Part shown: positions 60,760 to 64,000 of the stretch, piece after piece | Numbering within the stretch: position 1 is the first letter of the stretch | Layout: the number at the start of each line of letters is the position of its first letter | Assembly: GCF_009914755.1 (NCBI RefSeq) | Contig: NC_060925.1 | From: the human T2T-CHM13v2.0 reference genome, Homo sapiens | Strand: one strand, 5' to 3' | Length of the DNA: 64,000 bases | The notes under the pieces: generated by a model | Databases searched by the model: none | What the model saw: only the letters and a program-made list of their open reading frames with translations | What the model was told of the DNA's origin: nothing | Made by a program: the position numbers and the translations under genes

Positions 60760-60935
60760 AACTAGTAATAAGCATTTATTGATTTCCTACTATATGCCAG
60801 ACCCGTTTTAAGCATGTTTTATAGATTATCTTCTTCAATTCTCAAAGAAACTCCATGCCATGGTTCTTCTTATTATTTTTGTTTTACCAAATCACATAAA
60901 AAGTTTAAATAATTTGCCCAAGGTCACACAGCACA
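60760..60935 (-). mobile_element. MIR
   Basis: catttattga...ctatatgccag and aatttgcccaaggtcacacagc core. Confidence 0.8.
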
Positions 60936-61089
60936 CATTCAACAATACAGTAAACTTCTCTTCTACCAAGAGGAAGGGAATGAATTCATCCTTAAACACA
61001 AATAGAGATTTTTACACTTTTCTTCCCAAGAGAGTGTTTACTTGCTATAGATTATTCAATTTCCCTTGTGCCCATACCCTTTTAACTGC

Positions 61090-61515
61090 TTTGTTAAGCT
61101 TCCCCTTTTAAGAAACAGAAAATATCTCCATCAGCCTCAAGTCCATTTGTCTTTGTGATATGTTCTGGCTAATATGACATTAGCAGATGTGTTGCAAGCA
61201 GAGATTTGACAATGTAGGTGTACTATTTGATGTGCTCTCTTGCACTCCTGCCACTGCCGTGAAAAGGATGTGTTCACACTGGCCAGTTGGTTTCAGAAGA
61301 GGATGAAACACAAATAGAGCCAAGATACCCTATGAAGTTTTCCTGGTCAAACCCAACCTACAGCAGAGCCCCTAACCTTGCTTGAGTGAGCCCAGCAGAA
61401 AACAACCTGGCCTAGAGAAGTCACTCCAGCCCATCCAACTAACCACAGATCCATGAGCTATCATACGTGATGATTTATTCAGTTTACTCAGTCACAGGGC
61501 AAAAAGTAACTGAAA
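61090..61515 (+). mobile_element. MaLR LTR, MLT1I/J-like
   Basis: ttagcagatgtg...gcaagcagag...ctcttgcactcctgcca motifs. Confidence 0.7.
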
Positions 61516-61684
61516 AACTTGATTTGTGTGTAAATCGGAAGGGCCATTTCATATATTTAGAAAATAAGTTCATATTCCTGAGTTTACCTACATTCTGATA
61601 GCAAACTATTGGCAACTTTCAATTGGTGTTTTTTTCATTAAGATGCTATCTAATGGAGACATCTAATTTATATAAACATGTTAA

Positions 61685-61925
61685 GAATAATAAATATTTT
61701 GTACTCTTTTTATATGTGCCAACGAGTTTACATGTGTTTCTATCATCAACCTCTCACAATGCTCACAACTAGGTTTTAAAGTTTAAGGTAAGCTCCATTA
61801 TCCCCAATTTTCAAAAGCAAGAAAATTCAGGTGTTGAAGGATTGAGTTTCTTGCATACGGTAAATAACCAGTAAGTAACAAAGTTAGGATTTAAAACTAG
61901 GACAGTTAGACTCAACAATTATACC
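61685..61925 (-). mobile_element. MIR
   Basis: attatccccaatttt...taggatttaaaactagg. Confidence 0.65.
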
Positions 61926-62500
61926 CCTGTACAGAAAGATGAGATTTTTATTCACAGGGTGTGGATTTGGAATTCTAGTTCATGGACTCAAATAACTGAA
62001 AACCATATTTTATCCCAGAGAGCCACATTTTCCCTGTCTGTAATATGGACATTATCACAGGCACCTCACGAGTTAGGTGAGTATTTTCCATTTCTTGAGC
62101 TGGCTCTGAAAATTTGCTTTACAAATAGCATCTTTGTGTTTGCCCAACGCATCCTCTCCAGGGAGGCAATATGTCATGATGTCCTGATTAGGAGTATGAT
62201 ATATAACTCTCAGATGGATTTCAAGCTTTGTAAAGCGGGAGAGAGGAAAGATGTTTATCATCACCCTCACCTAGAATTCCTATCTCTGACACATCAACAG
62301 ATAATTTATACTGGCAGATTGTGTACACTTGACCCCTTAGATTGGGGATATTTACACTGGCATCAGAGATCACAGGTAAGGCTCCCAACCCCCCTCTTAT
62401 ATCCCCATTTTGCAACTGCCCTGCATCACTATCATTTTTTGTACCAAAATCTCCTCTCTCTTGCTCTCTTTTGTGTGTATTTTGTTGTTGCTGTTGTTTG

Positions 62501-62502
<2 letters not shown>

Positions 62503-62546
<44 letters not shown>
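62503..62546. repeat. (GT)n microsatellite, about 22 units
   Basis: Seen directly in the sequence. Confidence 0.97.
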
Positions 62547-62548
<2 letters not shown>

Positions 62549-63269
62549 AAAAAACCAAGCCCTGCTTGAGAGCCAGGAGGCTGAAAGTCAAGGGCTTAGG
62601 TGAATTTCCATGTCTTCAGAAAGAAAAAGGAAACAACAACAACAAAACACACACACACACACACACAAAACTCTAATGGCACCTCCTGCTACTTTCCTCT
62701 GAGAACTGATCTTTTAGTGAAAGTTTACCATTAGGTTGGGGAGAGGAGAGGTACTGAAAAGGGAAATCTATGTGGAAAGAACTAGGAGGGCTCAGAAAGA
62801 GATAAAGAAATAACGGTGAGGAAGTAGCAATGGCAGGGCCATGAGGAAATAAGATGTGGAGGAAAATGGTGTGGTGGAAGGAAACTGCTAGAGTGTGTAC
62901 TGTGGGTGGAGGTGACAGGACAGGGAGGTGGTTATGCCATCATTCATTTCTCAGAAGCAGAAAGGGGTCCTACTGTTTTTGAAAGCACCCAATTATATTT
63001 TCCTATTTAGATGGTTAACATGCACATTCTTATTTTCTACATGTCCCTCAGGCATTAGTTAGCTACTTTAATTTAGCTGATGTTAATTTCTAAGTTATTC
63101 TTTCTTTTCTAGAGAATAACCAAAAGTAAAATAAGTTTATTGTTGATTGTGGAGAGTGTTGTCTCAGAGGTAGAGCCTCAGTCTCGAGATATTTGCTTAG
63201 ACCCTACCTCCTCACACAGTCTAACTTTGTGCTACTTTATTTTCTTTTAGATACTTAATTGATAATTTT

Positions 63270-63380
63270 CTTCATTAGAATACTGTATAAGTTCCTTGAG
63301 ACCAAGAGCTTTGCTGGGGTTAATGCTGTTCTGATTCAGAGAAGACATTCAGTAACTATTGACAAATTAACTGACTTACA
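63270..63380 (+). mobile_element. L2 3' end
   Basis: tagaatactgtataagttccttgag...cattcagtaactatt. Confidence 0.6.
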
Positions 63381-64000
63381 AGACACCATGAGGAGTAAAT
63401 ACCCACACAAAGACACATGTTTTTCTTCTCTCTGTTCTCTTCCTAGCCCTCCAGTTTATCCATGTATAATATGAGAAAAAAACACAAGGTGCAATTGGGT
63501 GGAAATCTTATTTTCCCTTTGGAGTTTGAGGAAACATTTTGTTCAGGATATATGGGAGAGGTATCAGTAAAACTAATTTTGACAGAGATGTAAACTGTAT
63601 TTGTATGATTATTAGATTGCACTGAGACACACAAGATCACTGTTTGTCCTCTACCAAAGTGAGGCTCTTCAATCATTGCAATAATGGAATTGCTTGAAAA
63701 TTGACAGAACAATCCCTATGTGGATCTCAGAACACTTCCAATAGAGAATCAAACAGTAAAATAGTATTATGCAAGTTTCTTGGACTGTGTCTCTTCTCCC
63801 TGACATCTCATCAATACCAAAGTTAATGTTGCTTTAGTTAATAATATCAGTTCCTTGTTATTTATTTGTCTTTTTATGTTGGCTTGAATAGCCTGAGGTT
63901 GAAACTGTGTATTATAATGAACACTCTGGATTTCAGCTGCCTTTCTGACTAAAGGCCTGTAACACTTCTCCATAATCAGCTTCTTTGAACGAAAGCAACA

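Noticed and set aside
61959-62603. 214-aa ORF as a gene
   Set aside because: Starts at GTG, runs through a (GT)n microsatellite (VC repeats) and has no recognisable domain.

Overview
AT-rich, CpG-depleted primate genomic DNA; AluY elements indicate a catarrhine, plausibly human. It looks like a gene desert or a large intron. I find no supportable protein-coding exon, tRNA, rRNA or CRISPR array, and nearly every ORF in the track is a transposable-element remnant or a chance ORF. The window is a layered archive of mobile elements: a full-length but disabled L1PA6-like LINE-1 (6885-13351, minus strand, 15-bp TSD); a near-full-length ancient L1MA10/L1MB1-like element (about 21965-29632) with four nested insertions; a complete THE1 MaLR provirus; seven ERV1 solo LTRs, most with readable 4-bp TSDs; several MLT1 LTRs; seven Alus; piggyBac, hAT and Tigger DNA-transposon fossils; and L2/MIR/L3 debris. 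Subfamily names come from my recollection of consensus sequences and need RepeatMasker/Dfam confirmation. I found no convincing novel biological system. The least explained signals are: recurrent near-perfect short hairpins that look template-switch derived, including a 73-bp palindrome inside an MLT1 LTR; a THE1/MST LTR collapsed to 124 bp with its TSD intact; a twin-primed (5'-inverted) old L1; a local duplication of a Tigger segment; and a candidate RFX regulatory site in unique DNA.
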